Positions 17,255 through 28,761 are shown, counted from the stretch's first letter. The stretch is 64,000 bases of DNA from an uncultured Bacilli bacterium (GCA_934102215.1 CAKOSH010000008.1:16285-80284), one strand, 5' to 3'. Numbers and translations are program-made. Notes: generated from the letters alone by a model not told the origin.

Positions 17255-19616
17255 CTGTTAATTTTTTTACTAAAGCGAAATCTATTTCTCTTTTGGCAGG
17301 GTCGCTTCCTATACATTGGACTATGATTTGATCGCCATATCTATAGACAACTCTACCTTTCTTAGTATATCCATAAAGAGAATCATTATATTCATACACG
17401 AATGGTTTTTTATGAAGTTCTATGAATTGTTGTATTTCATTTGGATCAGTAAGGCTTTCTAATTCTTTTGAATCATCTTCACTTATCATCCATTCTACTT
17501 TTCCATCAATAAATTTATCATTTGTTTGAGCAAAGAATGATGTAGGCATTGGTCCATCAAGTGTTGCTTCAAATGTTTGTCCAATTCTGTCTTGCATGTA
17601 AACTGCATCATAATAGTCATCAGTTGCATATTCGCATTCAGCACTTGTTCTTTCACATTCTGAAATATGGTCGCATACTTCAGTTAAGTATGATGCCCAG
17701 AAACTTATATTTTCAGGACTAGTATCTTTTTCAATAATAAATACTCTAAATATCGTATGAACAAGTAAATCACACATTCTTCTAATAGGAGAAGTAAAGT
17801 GTGTATAATCTCTATCATGTGCTTTTAGACCAAGTCCAAAATGACCTTTAGGTTCTGGTGAATATCTTGCTTTTTGCATACTTCTAAGTAGTTTTTTACT
17901 AAATACTTTATAATGTTCTTTATCTTTTAGATATTCTAATAATTCTTGAATATCCTTACTACTTACATTTTCTGGATTTATCTTTTTTGGATAATTTACT
18001 CCAAATACTGATAACATTTTCATAAAATCTTCTATCTTTTTAGGATTTGGATCTTCATGAATTCTAAATACAAATGGTACCATATTTGGTATTATTTGTG
18101 ATAATGCATTGCATGTGAATCTAGTAAATCCAACATTCGCATAAATCATATGATTTTCTATTATTGATTCAGCTGGTCTTTGAACTCTTGGAACAATATC
18201 AATTAATTTGTCATTTTCATCAAATATTTGTTTCTTTTCACTTGTATTTTCAAAATCAATTTTACCTAATTTATGAAGTTTATTATCCATTACTTTAGAG
18301 ATAACATACATCAATTTGATAATATCTCTTATTGGTAAATTTATTTCATTACCTGGTTTTATATATTCAATGTTATTGTATTCTAGTAATCTCTCTCTTG
18401 TAATTCCATTTTTGAATGCAATGTCATCTATTGTTTCATTTTGTTTAACTGTGTATTTTATTGTTATGTAATCTTTTGTATCTTCAGTTTCTTTATCTTC
18501 TAGGATATCTTGTACAGCATCATAATTCATTTTCTTTTTAGATTTTATAACTGAAATGTATACTTTTTCGTTAACAATGTTTCCACCATGATCTATTTCC
18601 ATTTCACATGTCATAGCGTATCTATCTTCATTTGGATTTAGTGAGCAGATTCCATTTGAAAGTTCTATTGGAAGCATTGGTCCTACTTTATTAGCAAGAT
18701 AATCTGAGTTACCTTTTAGTTCAGCATAATTCCATACTGGTGTATTTATCTTTACATAATAACTTACATCAGCAATGTCAACTGTTACTTTATAGTTTCC
18801 GTTTTCACTTATTTCATCTTGTACAGCATCATCAATATCTTTTGTATCTTTACCATCCATTGTAGTAGTTGCTTCACCTCTTAAATCAACTCTACCTTTA
18901 GATATTTCTTTTTGTATTTCTTCTTCAGTTAAACTGCTTGGAAATGTCTTGGCTTGCTCTTTTACTTCTTCTGGCATAAATAAATGAACACCAAATTCAC
19001 TAGCAATCATAGCTATTTCAGTATCATTACCTGGAGCATTTTTGTGCCCTATTGGATAATCTATTTTAGCAAGGACTCTGCCTCTACTTATATCTTTTAC
19101 ATAGTCAAGATGTACGATTAATCCATCTACCAAAGTAAAATCACAATCACTTGTGTCAACATCAACTTCATATGGTAATTCAGTGTCAAGTATCTTTACA
19201 GTTAGTTTACCATCGTTATCAACAACTTCACCCATACTTTTACCAAGTGACCTCTTTAGAACTCTTACAACTTTACCTTCAGTCTTATCTTTATTAGTAT
19301 AATCAACAAGTACTAAATCTTTATCAGTAGCGCCATTCATATTATTTTTGGCAATGAAAATATCTTCTCCATCTTTTACTAATAAGTGTGCATTACCTTT
19401 TCCATGCATATCAAGAGTACCTGTTAGAAGTTCATTTTTAACATAACCATTATGATTAGTTTGTCTTAATATACCTTCTCTACATAGCTTTTCAAGTTCT
19501 CTCATAAGTTCTTCATAATCTTTAATAGTACTATTTTCCATTATTTGGTTCATAATTTCCATAGCATTTAAACTCTTATTATTTTTTTCAATTACTTTTA
19601 ATATTTTGTCTCTCAT
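17238..19616 (-). CDS. rnr: Ribonuclease R (with LysM-like insertion in the RNB region)
   Basis: RNB catalytic motifs DGKDTKDIDDAV and HFGLGL...YTHFTSPIRR, cold-shock/OB N-terminal region, about 790 aa. Adjacent to smpB. Confidence 0.9.
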   Translation of the reverse strand: MRDKILKVIEKNNKSLNAMEIMNQIMENSTIKDYEELMRELEKLCREGILRQTNHNGYVKNELLTGTLDMHGKGNAHLLVKDGEDIFIAKNNMNGATDKDLVLVDYTNKDKTEGKVVRVLKRSLGKSMGEVVDNDGKLTVKILDTELPYEVDVDTSDCDFTLVDGLIVHLDYVKDISRGRVLAKIDYPIGHKNAPGNDTEIAMIASEFGVHLFMPEEVKEQAKTFPSSLTEEEIQKEISKGRVDLRGEATTTMDGKDTKDIDDAVQDEISENGNYKVTVDIADVSYYVKINTPVWNYAELKGNSDYLANKVGPMLPIELSNGICSLNPNEDRYAMTCEMEIDHGGNIVNEKVYISVIKSKKKMNYDAVQDILEDKETEDTKDYITIKYTVKQNETIDDIAFKNGITRERLLEYNNIEYIKPGNEINLPIRDIIKLMYVISKVMDNKLHKLGKIDFENTSEKKQIFDENDKLIDIVPRVQRPAESIIENHMIYANVGFTRFTCNALSQIIPNMVPFVFRIHEDPNPKKIEDFMKMLSVFGVNYPKKINPENVSSKDIQELLEYLKDKEHYKVFSKKLLRSMQKARYSPEPKGHFGLGLKAHDRDYTHFTSPIRRMCDLLVHTIFRVFIIEKDTSPENISFWASYLTEVCDHISECERTSAECEYATDDYYDAVYMQDRIGQTFEATLDGPMPTSFFAQTNDKFIDGKVEWMISEDDSKELESLTDPNEIQQFIELHKKPFVYEYNDSLYGYTKKGRVVYRYGDQIIVQCIGSDPAKREIDFALVKKLTDGNNK

Positions 19617-19686
19617 ATCTACCTCACTTTCATTTTATCATATAAATTAAAAAGTTCATAAAAAAATATGAACTTTTATGTATTTT

Positions 19687-19899
19687 TTATATTGATAAGA
19701 TAAATGATATTACTATAAATGCAAATCCTAAAACGTAAGTAAGTCTTGTTATTACTTTTTCAAGACCTCTTTCTTTTGATTTACCAAGTAACATTGCATT
19801 TCCACCTGTTATTATTTGACTAGCATCACTAGCTTTATTACTTTGTAATAGAACTACTACTATTAATATAACAGATATTATTAATAATACTTTTTCCAT
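19687..19899 (-). CDS. secG: Preprotein translocase subunit SecG
   Basis: Two TM helices flanking LLQSNKASDASQIITGG. ATG at 19899 follows a GGGAGAA RBS. Confidence 0.75.
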   Translation of the reverse strand: MEKVLLIISVILIVVVLLQSNKASDASQIITGGNAMLLGKSKERGLEKVITRLTYVLGFAFIVISFILSI

Positions 19900-20004
19900 A
19901 TTGATTTCTCCCTTGCGCTTTGTATTATACAATAAATATTAGTTTTATGCAAATATTTATGTGATTATTCTGCTTTTTATGATGTTTTATTTGACTTTTT
20001 ATGA

Positions 20005-21246
20005 TTATTCTGCTTTTCTACTTTCTAATTGTTCTTCTATTTCAAGAAGCCTATTAAATTTACAAATTCTTTCTCCTCTTGAAACTGAACCGGTTTTTAC
20101 AAATGGTATATTTAATGCAACAGCGGCATCAATTATGAATGTATCTGTTGTTTCACCACTTCTATGTGACATTATGCATGTATATTTATGTTTTTTAGCA
20201 AGAACAATTGTCTCTAAAGTTTCAAAGAATGTTCCTATTTGATTAGGCTTAATTAATATTGAATTACATAATCCATTTTGAATACCATGTTCTAATTCTT
20301 TTTTATTTGTTACGAATAGATCATCTCCAACAATGTTAATTCCTTTGCCAAGTTTTTCTGTGATTAATTTGAATCCTTCATAATCATTTTCATCATAAGG
20401 ATCTTCAATTGATATAATTGGATAATTTTTAACAAGGTCCATATAATACTCTAATAATTCTTCTTTGCTTAGGAATTTATTTTCTATTTTATATGCTTTA
20501 TTTTGCTCATTGTATATTGATGATGCGGCTATATCAAGTGCGATAAACACATCTTTTCCAGGAATGTAACCTGCACTTTCTATTGCTTTTATTATATATG
20601 ATAATGCAGCACGATTGCTTTCTAAATTTGGTGCGAAACCACCTTCATCGCCAACTGATGTTTCATGTCCTTCATTATCTAATATTTTTTTAAGAGCGTG
20701 AAATACTTCACTAGCACATCTAAGACCTTCTTTAAAAGATTCTCTTTTGGGAACTATCATGAATTCTTGAATATCTAAGTTATTTTTAGCATGCATACCA
20801 CCATTAATAATATTAAACATTAATTTTGGTATTCTTTTCTCTCTTGGATTTAAATATTCATATAGTTCTTTATGTGCTTCACTAGCGGCCGCTTTTATAC
20901 ATGCTAGACTAACTCCAAGTGTTGCATTCGCACCAAGTTTACTTTTATTTGGTGTCCCATCAAGTTCAATCATTTTATAATCAATTTCTTTTTGATGAGT
21001 AACATCCATACCAAGTAAAGCATCTTTAATTATTGTGTTTACATTGTTTACAGCCTTTAGTACACCTTTACCACAGTATCTTTCATCATTATCACGAAGT
21101 TCCAATGCTTCACGAGAACCAGTTGATGCTCCTGAGGGTACTGCTGCAATGCCTATTCCTCTTTCACTTTTTACAGTTACTTCTACAGTAGGATATCCTC
21201 TTGAATCCAATATTTCTCTAGCTTTAATATCTATTATTTTACTCAT
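20005..21246 (-). CDS. eno: Enolase
   Basis: [31 protein letters not shown] and IKPNQIGT motifs. Confidence 0.97.
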   Translation of the reverse strand: MSKIIDIKAREILDSRGYPTVEVTVKSERGIGIAAVPSGASTGSREALELRDNDERYCGKGVLKAVNNVNTIIKDALLGMDVTHQKEIDYKMIELDGTPNKSKLGANATLGVSLACIKAAASEAHKELYEYLNPREKRIPKLMFNIINGGMHAKNNLDIQEFMIVPKRESFKEGLRCASEVFHALKKILDNEGHETSVGDEGGFAPNLESNRAALSYIIKAIESAGYIPGKDVFIALDIAASSIYNEQNKAYKIENKFLSKEELLEYYMDLVKNYPIISIEDPYDENDYEGFKLITEKLGKGINIVGDDLFVTNKKELEHGIQNGLCNSILIKPNQIGTFFETLETIVLAKKHKYTCIMSHRSGETTDTFIIDAAVALNIPFVKTGSVSRGERICKFNRLLEIEEQLESRKAE

Positions 21247-21339
21247 TATTAATCCTCCTATAATTATCTATGTATTAATTATACAATTTTTTTAATAAAT
21301 ATGCTATAATATTATTAATTTAAAGGAGTGAATTTTTTT

Positions 21340-22593
21340 ATGTCTATAGAAGAAATTAATGCTACTACATTTGGTGAATTTGCAAGTAAGCATGTACTTA
21401 AAAACTTTTTTCAAACAAAAGAATATGGTGAACTTATGTCACACAGTGATTTTTCAGTTATGTATATAGGTGCCTATCATAAAGATATATTGGTCGCAGC
21501 AAGCCTTGTTTTATATAAAACATTGAGTGCTAATATTAAGTATGGATATGCTCCTCGTGGATTTTTAGTAGATTTTTACAACACTGATTTATTAAAAGCA
21601 TTTACTCGTAAAGTTAAAGAATTCTTTTTAAGAAGAGGATTTGCATTCATTAAGATTAATCCTGAAATTACATATTCAGTTATAGATTTTGATAATAAAA
21701 GTAAGACAATTAATTCTAAAAATAAAGAGTTAATTGCTAATTTAAAAGAGCTTGGCTATGATAAATTAAAAGATAATTTATATTTTGAATCACTACTTCC
21801 TAAATACACACCTGTTATATATTTGCCTACATATGATTTTAATAATTTAGATCAAAATATGGTTAAAAATATGAGAGAAAGTGAATACAAAGGAATAAGA
21901 CTTGTATCTCGTGGTGAAGAAGAACTTGAGAAATTCTATTCTTTCGTAGAGGATAAAAAAAATAAAACTCTTACTTATTATAAATATTTCTATAAAACTT
22001 TTAAACAGAGTAATATGGTAGACTTATTATTCGCAGAAGTAAACTATGATACATATGTAAAATATCTACAAAAAGAATATATTATTGAACAAGAAAATAA
22101 TGATAGAATAAATATTGAATTTAATAAAAATCCTAACAGTGCTGATATTTATAAAAGAAAAACAGAATCAGATAGAAATCTTGATAGAATCTCTAATGAT
22201 ATAGCGAAAACTAATTTAAGAATGCAGGAAAATAAGACAAAGGAATATCTTGGAGCTGCATTTGTTGTTAAATATGAAGGTAGAGTTACAATAATAATTA
22301 CTGGTAATAATAATGATTTTTCAAGTATTGATATTAAGACTTTCTTGTTTTATAAGATTATTGAAGAATATAAGAAGGCTGGTTATTTATATGTAGACTT
22401 ATATGGAATTACTGCTGATTTTAGTGATACCAATCCATATAAAAAACTTAATGATTTTAAACTTAAATTTAAACCTACCACATATGAATATATTGGTGAA
22501 TTTGATTTAATTGTGAATAAACCATTCCATCAATTATTGTGGTCAACAAATAAAATACAAAAAGAATTTTATAAACCTGCGATTAGGTCATAG
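21340..22593 (+). CDS. FemAB-family peptidoglycan interpeptide-bridge aminoacyltransferase
   Basis: About 417 aa with a two-GNAT-lobe layout, a coiled-coil insert and a YAPRGF motif. ATG at 21340 follows AAAGGAGTG. Confidence 0.7.
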   Translation: MSIEEINATTFGEFASKHVLKNFFQTKEYGELMSHSDFSVMYIGAYHKDILVAASLVLYKTLSANIKYGYAPRGFLVDFYNTDLLKAFTRKVKEFFLRRGFAFIKINPEITYSVIDFDNKSKTINSKNKELIANLKELGYDKLKDNLYFESLLPKYTPVIYLPTYDFNNLDQNMVKNMRESEYKGIRLVSRGEEELEKFYSFVEDKKNKTLTYYKYFYKTFKQSNMVDLLFAEVNYDTYVKYLQKEYIIEQENNDRINIEFNKNPNSADIYKRKTESDRNLDRISNDIAKTNLRMQENKTKEYLGAAFVVKYEGRVTIIITGNNNDFSSIDIKTFLFYKIIEEYKKAGYLYVDLYGITADFSDTNPYKKLNDFKLKFKPTTYEYIGEFDLIVNKPFHQLLWSTNKIQKEFYKPAIRS

Positions 22594-22649
22594 AATTTGG
22601 ATCATTATAAAAGGCTAGCTATGTTTGCTAACCTTTTTGTTTGCTTGTC

Positions 22650-22886
22650 TCACACATATTTTTCAATGTCTTTTGGCACTTTATCTTGAATTATCATATC
22701 AATTATTTTATTTTCCTTTTCTTCGCTCACTTCACGACCAGTAATAAAAGATAATTCGTGTATAATGTCTCTTAACGTATTTTCATTTTTGTAGTCTCCA
22801 TCTTGGAGTTTTCTCGCTAAAGATATTATTGTATCCTTACTTACCTTTGTTTTTTCTTCTATTCTATTAAAAAGATTATCATTCAT
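22650..22886 (-). CDS. SpoVIF (YjcC)-like small protein
   Basis: NLFNRIEEKTKVSKDTIISLARKLQDGDYKNENTLRDIIHELS parallels B. subtilis SpoVIF (FFKNIEKKTGV...KDEKTVR). Confidence 0.6.
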   Translation of the reverse strand: MNDNLFNRIEEKTKVSKDTIISLARKLQDGDYKNENTLRDIIHELSFITGREVSEEKENKIIDMIIQDKVPKDIEKYV

Positions 22887-22936
22887 ATATATCACCTAAA
22901 ATATTATATGTTTTGATAATCTTTTTGTTTCAGTTT

Positions 22937-24175
22937 TTAAAAATTAAACATTAACCACTCTGGTTTGTAAATCATTAAGAATCCAATTATTAACATTATG
23001 ATACCACCTATCAAATGTGAATATTTACCAAATTTATTTGATATGGCTTTTATTTCTAGTGTTTTCATCGCTATTACAAATATAACTATATCGTCAATTA
23101 GGAAGAAGAAAACATATATTAGTGAATAAATAATTTGTGCTGTTTTGCTTACTTCATTTACAGTTAATATTTGTGTAAACATTACAGGTAACCCAAGTGA
23201 ACATAGTAATTCTATTATGTTTACAGAGGCCGCTAACGCAACGATTCCTAGAAGTGCTAGGATGAATGATTTTTCTTTTATTATTTTTTTGATTGAATTT
23301 ATAATTTTCTTTCTGCCACTTTTGTCTACTACTTCACATCCATCATCTTCTTTTATAAAGAAAAATTTTAATATTGTTAGAATTCCAAAGAATACTGCGA
23401 TTATACTAATACCCATTCTAATAAATATTATTTTATTTAGGAATACTGCTAGATTTAGCCAAGAAATTAAGAATAGAAAATATACTAGGGCTGATGAGAA
23501 AAGGAATGTTATACCAAGTGCCCATTTTCTTTTTGTGTTTTTCATTCCTAAAAGCATTGATATCAAAAATATTAGTATCCACATTGCGCAAGGGTTAAAT
23601 CCATCAACTAGTCCTATTATGATTGTCGATAGTAATATTGGTACTTCTTTTCCCTTTTTCTTTCCAATTATTGGAATGCTTATTTCACTATCCTCGTACT
23701 TTTTTCCATCCTCCTTTAGGTTTTCTTCTTCCTCTGTTGTAGTCCCTAAGTAGATGCCAACTTTATCTTTAAAGTCAAAATTTGAATAGTACGTTATTGT
23801 ATTTTTTATTCTTTCTGGAGTTATCTCACTGTCATAACCAGTAATGACATTGTTTCCAATTATTAAATATGGAACTCCATTGCTGTTATCATTAAGTATT
23901 TTTTTAACTTCCCTATACTTTTCCTGATTTTCTTTATTACTCCAAACTTCGTATCTATTTAGTATGACGTGCTTATTTTCTTCTAAATATGTGTCCAAAA
24001 ACTTTTCAAGTTCTGCACAGTGTGGACATTTATCGCCATAAAACAAATAGATATTTAGTTTTTTTTCTTCGCCATGTATTATTAGTGGAATAAATAGTGC
24101 TACTATCAGTAGTGTTTTAAGTATTTTTTTTATAATATTTGTTTGAATTTGGTTTATTGTAACTTCTTTTATCAT
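22937..24175 (-). CDS. Membrane thiol-disulfide oxidoreductase: thioredoxin-like domain fused to a CcdA/DsbD-like transmembrane domain
   Basis: CPHC redox motif in the N-terminal extracytoplasmic domain. GFNPCAMWIL motif in the polytopic C-terminal domain. Confidence 0.65.
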   Translation of the reverse strand: MIKEVTINQIQTNIIKKILKTLLIVALFIPLIIHGEEKKLNIYLFYGDKCPHCAELEKFLDTYLEENKHVILNRYEVWSNKENQEKYREVKKILNDNSNGVPYLIIGNNVITGYDSEITPERIKNTITYYSNFDFKDKVGIYLGTTTEEEENLKEDGKKYEDSEISIPIIGKKKGKEVPILLSTIIIGLVDGFNPCAMWILIFLISMLLGMKNTKRKWALGITFLFSSALVYFLFLISWLNLAVFLNKIIFIRMGISIIAVFFGILTILKFFFIKEDDGCEVVDKSGRKKIINSIKKIIKEKSFILALLGIVALAASVNIIELLCSLGLPVMFTQILTVNEVSKTAQIIYSLIYVFFFLIDDIVIFVIAMKTLEIKAISNKFGKYSHLIGGIIMLIIGFLMIYKPEWLMFNF

Positions 24176-24426
24176 ATGATTTCCTCTATTATCTTTATAA
24201 ATTCTTCTTTTTTATGTTCTCCACGCAATCTATCAATTTCTTTTTCATTTTTGAAAAATATGAATACAGGAAGAATTTTTCCTGCGTTATATTTATCAAT
24301 ATCATCAAAATCATAGTCAAGCTCTTCAAATTCTATATTTGGATACTCTGTTTTAATTTGATTTGCAATTTTATTCATTATGATGCATGATGGGCAACCT
24401 AATGATGTTATCTTTATTATTTTCAT
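24172..24426 (-). CDS. Small thioredoxin-fold protein
   Basis: CPSC motif in an 84-aa thioredoxin-like protein. ATGA overlap with the downstream membrane oxidoreductase. Confidence 0.65.
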   Translation of the reverse strand: MKIIKITSLGCPSCIIMNKIANQIKTEYPNIEFEELDYDFDDIDKYNAGKILPVFIFFKNEKEIDRLRGEHKKEEFIKIIEEII

Positions 24427-24462
24427 GTTAGACTCCTAATAATTTTTACTTATTTTATATTG

Positions 24463-25215
24463 TTATTTTATTTCCTTTGACTTTTGAATTTTATAAGTTA
24501 CTTTCACAATTGTTTTTCTAGGTAGAAGTCTATTTGCAAATACTCCTAGTTTAATTGTGAATCCTGGAATTATAATTAATTTATTTTTTTTCATACATTT
24601 TAATGTGTACTTTACTACGTCTATACTTTTTAATGATTTTACTCCAAATTTAACATGTGCTCTATCATTAAATCCTGTATCAACTGGGCCAGGACATAAA
24701 ATATGAATTTTAACTTTACTTTTATCTCTTCTTAATTCTTCATAAACTCCCATTGTCAAGTTATATACATATGATTTTGTTGCATAGTATGTTGACATAA
24801 GTGGACCTGGTTCAAATGCTGCTGATGAAGCTACATTTAATATTTCTCCTTTATCTTTTTTAACAAAATCTTGTAAGAATAATTTTGTTAAAATATGATA
24901 TGTTGTTACATTTAGATCAATCATATTTAATTCATTATCCAAGTCAGTCTTGATAAACTTTCCAAATGCCCCAAAACCAGCATTATTTATTAATAAGTCA
25001 ATTTTTCCTTGATATTTGTTATATAATTTATACACATTTTCCCTTACACTTAAATCCATAACTTCTATGTAAACCAATGTCTTTAATTCTCTTGATAATT
25101 TTTCTAATTTTTCTTTTGATCTTGCAACAAGTACTAAATCATACCCTTGCTTTGATAATTCCTTTGCAAAATCCTTTCCAATACCATTTGATGCTCCTGT
25201 AATTAATGCTAACAT
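24463..25215 (-). CDS. Short-chain dehydrogenase/reductase (SDR)
   Basis: TGASNGIG cofactor motif, NNAG, and the YxxxK catalytic motif (YYATK). Confidence 0.85.
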   Translation of the reverse strand: MLALITGASNGIGKDFAKELSKQGYDLVLVARSKEKLEKLSRELKTLVYIEVMDLSVRENVYKLYNKYQGKIDLLINNAGFGAFGKFIKTDLDNELNMIDLNVTTYHILTKLFLQDFVKKDKGEILNVASSAAFEPGPLMSTYYATKSYVYNLTMGVYEELRRDKSKVKIHILCPGPVDTGFNDRAHVKFGVKSLKSIDVVKYTLKCMKKNKLIIIPGFTIKLGVFANRLLPRKTIVKVTYKIQKSKEIK

Positions 25216-25269
25216 TTTATCACCCTACTTATTATTTTATCACACATTTAAAAATATAAAAAGAAGAAG

Positions 25270-26823
25270 TTATTTTGCAACTTCTTCTGCTCTTGTTTCT
25301 CTAATTACAACAACCTTGATTGTACCAGGGTATTGCATTGTTTCTTCAATTTTATCTTTTATTTCTCTTGCAACTTTGTAACTAGATAGGTCATCAATTT
25401 GATCAGGCTTTACGATAACTCTTAATTCTCTACCTGCTTGCATTGCAAATGTTTTCTCAACACCTTCAATGCTATTTCCTATTGTTTCTAGTTCTTCAAG
25501 TCTCTTAACGTAATTTTCTAAAGAGTCATTTCTCGCACCTGGTCTTGCGGCGCTAAGTGCATCAGCAATTGCTACTAATTCTGAAATAATGTATTCAGCT
25601 TTTTTGTCGCCATGATGTGATTCAATTGCATTAATAACAACTTTATCCTCGCCATGCTTTTTAGCTATATCCGCTCCTATTTCAACGTGACTTCCTTCAA
25701 CTTCAAAATCAATTGCTTTTCCTATATCATGTAGAAGGCCTGCTCTTTTCGCTAATGAAACATTTTCACCTAGTTCGCTAGCCATAAGACCTGCTAAATG
25801 TGCAACTTCTTTGCTATGAGCAAGTGCATCTTGACCATAACTTGTTCTAAATGCAAGTTTTCCAACTAACTCTACAATTTCAGGGTCAACCTTTGAAATA
25901 CCTAATTCAAATAGAGCTTCTTCACCTTTTTCTTTAATAATTTTCTTGTAATCTTCGCAAACTTTATCATAAAGTTCTTCGATTCTTGCAGGATGAATTC
26001 TTCCATCTTTGATTAGTGTTTCAAGTGTAACCTTTGCTATTTCACGTCTTAATGGGTCAAATGAAGATAATACTATTACTTCTGGAGTGTCATCAATTAT
26101 TAAATCTACTCCTGTTACAGCCTCGATTGTTCTTATATTTCTTCCTTCTCTACCAATGATTCTTCCTTTCATTTCGTCGTTAGGAAGTTCGACTGTACTT
26201 ACAGTCTGTTCACTCGTAACATCACTTGAATACCTTTGCATGCTTGAAACAATCATTTCTTTTGCTTTTCTATCTGCTTCAAGTTTTGCTTCATCTTCTC
26301 TTTCTTTTAAATAAACAGCGATTTCTCTGTTCATTTCTTCTTCTACTTTTTTAAGTACCATTTCTCTAGCTTTTTCTTTAGAAAAACCAGATATTTTTTC
26401 TAAAAGAGCGATTTGCTCCTTTATTATACTCTCCATTTTTGCATCTTTTTCTTGAATTTCTTTTTGCTTAGCTAATAAATCTTTGTCTTTTAGTTCAAGG
26501 TTTTTTTCTCTTTCTGTTAATAATTCATCTCTTTTGTCTAAACTCTTTTCCCTATTGTCAATTCTTTGATTAAGTTCATTTAGTTCTTTCTTTTTTTCCT
26601 TAATCTCTGTGTCAGTTTGATTTTTTAATTTATAGCTTTCTTCTTTTAATTCTAAAACGCCATCTCTTTTAGCTTTTTCAGCTTCTTTTTTGGCATCCTG
26701 AATTATTTTTTCAGCTTCCTTTTGTGCTGCACTTACTTTTAACTTATTTATAAGTATCATAATGAATGCACCAACAAATAATCCAACTACTACAAGCAAA
26801 ATGGAGAAGACTACATCGTTCAT
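25270..26823 (-). CDS. rny: Ribonuclease Y
   Basis: N-terminal TM plus coiled coil, KH domain ([12 protein letters not shown]) and HD domain (LLHDIGK). ATG at 26823 follows GGAGGAAAG. Confidence 0.95.
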   Translation of the reverse strand: MNDVVFSILLVVVGLFVGAFIMILINKLKVSAAQKEAEKIIQDAKKEAEKAKRDGVLELKEESYKLKNQTDTEIKEKKKELNELNQRIDNREKSLDKRDELLTEREKNLELKDKDLLAKQKEIQEKDAKMESIIKEQIALLEKISGFSKEKAREMVLKKVEEEMNREIAVYLKEREDEAKLEADRKAKEMIVSSMQRYSSDVTSEQTVSTVELPNDEMKGRIIGREGRNIRTIEAVTGVDLIIDDTPEVIVLSSFDPLRREIAKVTLETLIKDGRIHPARIEELYDKVCEDYKKIIKEKGEEALFELGISKVDPEIVELVGKLAFRTSYGQDALAHSKEVAHLAGLMASELGENVSLAKRAGLLHDIGKAIDFEVEGSHVEIGADIAKKHGEDKVVINAIESHHGDKKAEYIISELVAIADALSAARPGARNDSLENYVKRLEELETIGNSIEGVEKTFAMQAGRELRVIVKPDQIDDLSSYKVAREIKDKIEETMQYPGTIKVVVIRETRAEEVAK

Positions 26824-26874
26824 ATATCTTTCCTCCATTACTTCTTTCTAGAAGTTATACTAACTTCTAATAAT

Positions 26875-26903
26875 ATTGTAAAGTTTTATAGGGCACTTGT
26901 CAA
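26875..26903 (-). promoter_or_regulatory. Sigma-A promoter for rny
   Basis: Reverse strand TTGACA-17 nt-TACAAT, followed by a 5' stem-loop AGAAGTTA-GTA-TAACTTCT. Confidence 0.6.
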
Positions 26904-27045
26904 TAAATAATTTTTTACCATGATTATTTTATGGACAATTAATAATTTCATATTCATCACCTAAAGGTTTAAAACATTTTTAATATATTATTCTTATTAT
27001 TAACGATTATCTATAAACAGTTTATCTTTATATTTTATCAAATTA

Positions 27046-27076
27046 AAAATGTATTTCTTTTTTTGAAATACATTTT
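27046..27076 (-). terminator. Rho-independent terminator after the carboxypeptidase gene
   Basis: 12-bp perfect inverted repeat AAAATGTATTTC / GAAATACATTTT with a T/A-run loop, just past the stop at 27102. Confidence 0.65.
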
Positions 27077-27101
27077 ACGATTATTATTTTAATATTCTAT
27101 T

Positions 27102-28340
27102 TTAATGATTATGTCTTCTTTTAATTCTTCTTTTCTTTTTAATACTTAATTGTATAATTCTAAAAATAACAAATAATATAAATGCGAGTAATAGTATCAA
27201 TAGCAAATTATTCCATAAAAATGAAAAAATACTAAAAGTTAATCCACCTGCATAAATCAAATCAAAAGTATCAAGTTTTTCATTATTGTAAATTATGTCA
27301 ACTGTACCCAAAATTGTACCTTTTTTAGTAAAGTATGATATTTCATCAACGCCATTATAATTGTACTTTACTTTGTCTTTTCTAAAATCATTTTTTAAAT
27401 ATTTTTTTATTTGCGTATTGGCAGGAATAGATAACTCTTTTTCGGCTGCATTTTTGGTTTTTAATTTAGTTATTACATCATTATTGTCGACTACTATTTT
27501 GTACGAATAATTTTTCGAATAATAAGTGTATGTTTCAAGTGCATCCTCAATATGAGGAGCTTTTTTTGACTTATCTGCATTTAATGTTACTAAAAGATAA
27601 TTAACTCCATCTATAGTTGCAGTTGTTGCTAAACAATATCCAGCTGCATTTATAAATCCTGTTTTTCCACCTTTAATATATGATATATCCTTATTTCCAA
27701 TTCTTGAACTGTAATTTTCTATAGTACTTTTTACTGTTTTTCCATTGGTAAATGTATAGTTTTTTGTTTCAAAGACTTCTTTAAATTTTTTATTTTTTAG
27801 AGCGTATTTTAAAATTTGGGCAACATCATATGCAGTGCTATAATTATTTTTATCATATAGTCCTGTTACATTTGAAAAATGTGTATGCGCTAGATTCAAT
27901 TCTTTGACTTTTTGATTCATTAGTTCAATAAATTTATCATAATCTTTTGAAATTGACAATGCTAAAGCATTTACAGCATCGGCACCACTAGGCAAAATTG
28001 CTCCATATAATAAATCATTATAAGTAACTTTTTCGCCTGCTTTAAATCCAGCAACTGATACATCCCATGCAATATCTTTAAACATATCTTTTGTAATCGT
28101 AATTTTTTCATTGTAATCACTTATGTTTTCAATTGCAACAATTGTTGTCATCATTTTGGTTAAACTTGCTATATATGTTTCTTTATTTTCATCTTTGCTT
28201 AATAAAATTTTATCATCATTAAGATTGTATAATATATATTTATCGCTATTTAAATTTAATGTTTCACCATTTATTCTAATTATCAATATAAAAAATAAAA
28301 TGAGGTAAACCAAAAAATATTTAGTTATTCTTTTTAGCAT
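27102..28340 (-). CDS. D-alanyl-D-alanine carboxypeptidase (S11, PBP5-like) with C-terminal membrane anchor
   Basis: SxxK motif ASLTKMMT, SGAD (SxN-like), KTGF. C-terminal TM plus a KKRRIKRR tail. Confidence 0.85.
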   Translation of the reverse strand: MLKRITKYFLVYLILFFILIIRINGETLNLNSDKYILYNLNDDKILLSKDENKETYIASLTKMMTTIVAIENISDYNEKITITKDMFKDIAWDVSVAGFKAGEKVTYNDLLYGAILPSGADAVNALALSISKDYDKFIELMNQKVKELNLAHTHFSNVTGLYDKNNYSTAYDVAQILKYALKNKKFKEVFETKNYTFTNGKTVKSTIENYSSRIGNKDISYIKGGKTGFINAAGYCLATTATIDGVNYLLVTLNADKSKKAPHIEDALETYTYYSKNYSYKIVVDNNDVITKLKTKNAAEKELSIPANTQIKKYLKNDFRKDKVKYNYNGVDEISYFTKKGTILGTVDIIYNNEKLDTFDLIYAGGLTFSIFSFLWNNLLLILLLAFILFVIFRIIQLSIKKKRRIKRRHNH

Positions 28341-28761
28341 ATTTTTGTTTCTCTTTCATCATAAATTTTGATATGATATTTTCTATTTCAATTGCTCCTC
28401 GTGGGTCTAGGTTCGAAATGTAAACATTCTCTTTTACCGTATCTATTTCAATGTCACTCCAAATAATATTTTTTTTAACTTTTAAATCATTATATAAGTC
28501 AGGAGTTATTGTTGTAAAATAGTATCCCCACAACACTCTTTTTTGCCCTATTAATATTCTTTGATTAGTCAATGCCACAACGCAACTGTTAATTATATTA
28601 AAAGAACTTACGTTATTTTGACCGCAAAATGCATATGTTACTTCTTCATCTTCATTTAAATGTAAGTCAATAACTTTTGCATGTTTTTTTGTCCTAAATG
28701 CAACTGTTTTTGGAAATTTTTTCTTAAATTCATATACAAATTTATATGTACGTTTTTTCAT
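28321..28761 (-). CDS. Bacterial PH-domain (YokE-like) protein, tentative
   Basis: VALTNQRILIGQKR pattern is reminiscent of bPH domains. Overlaps the downstream dac gene by 20 nt. Confidence 0.35.
   Translation of the reverse strand: MKKRTYKFVYEFKKKFPKTVAFRTKKHAKVIDLHLNEDEEVTYAFCGQNNVSSFNIINSCVVALTNQRILIGQKRVLWGYYFTTITPDLYNDLKVKKNIIWSDIEIDTVKENVYISNLDPRGAIEIENIISKFMMKEKQKYAKKNN

Noticed and set aside
20005-21246. Enolase (413 aa) looked somewhat short, suggesting a possible truncation.
   Set aside because: N-terminal and catalytic motifs through the C-terminal region are present and the ORF is uninterrupted. The length is within family variation as far as I can judge.
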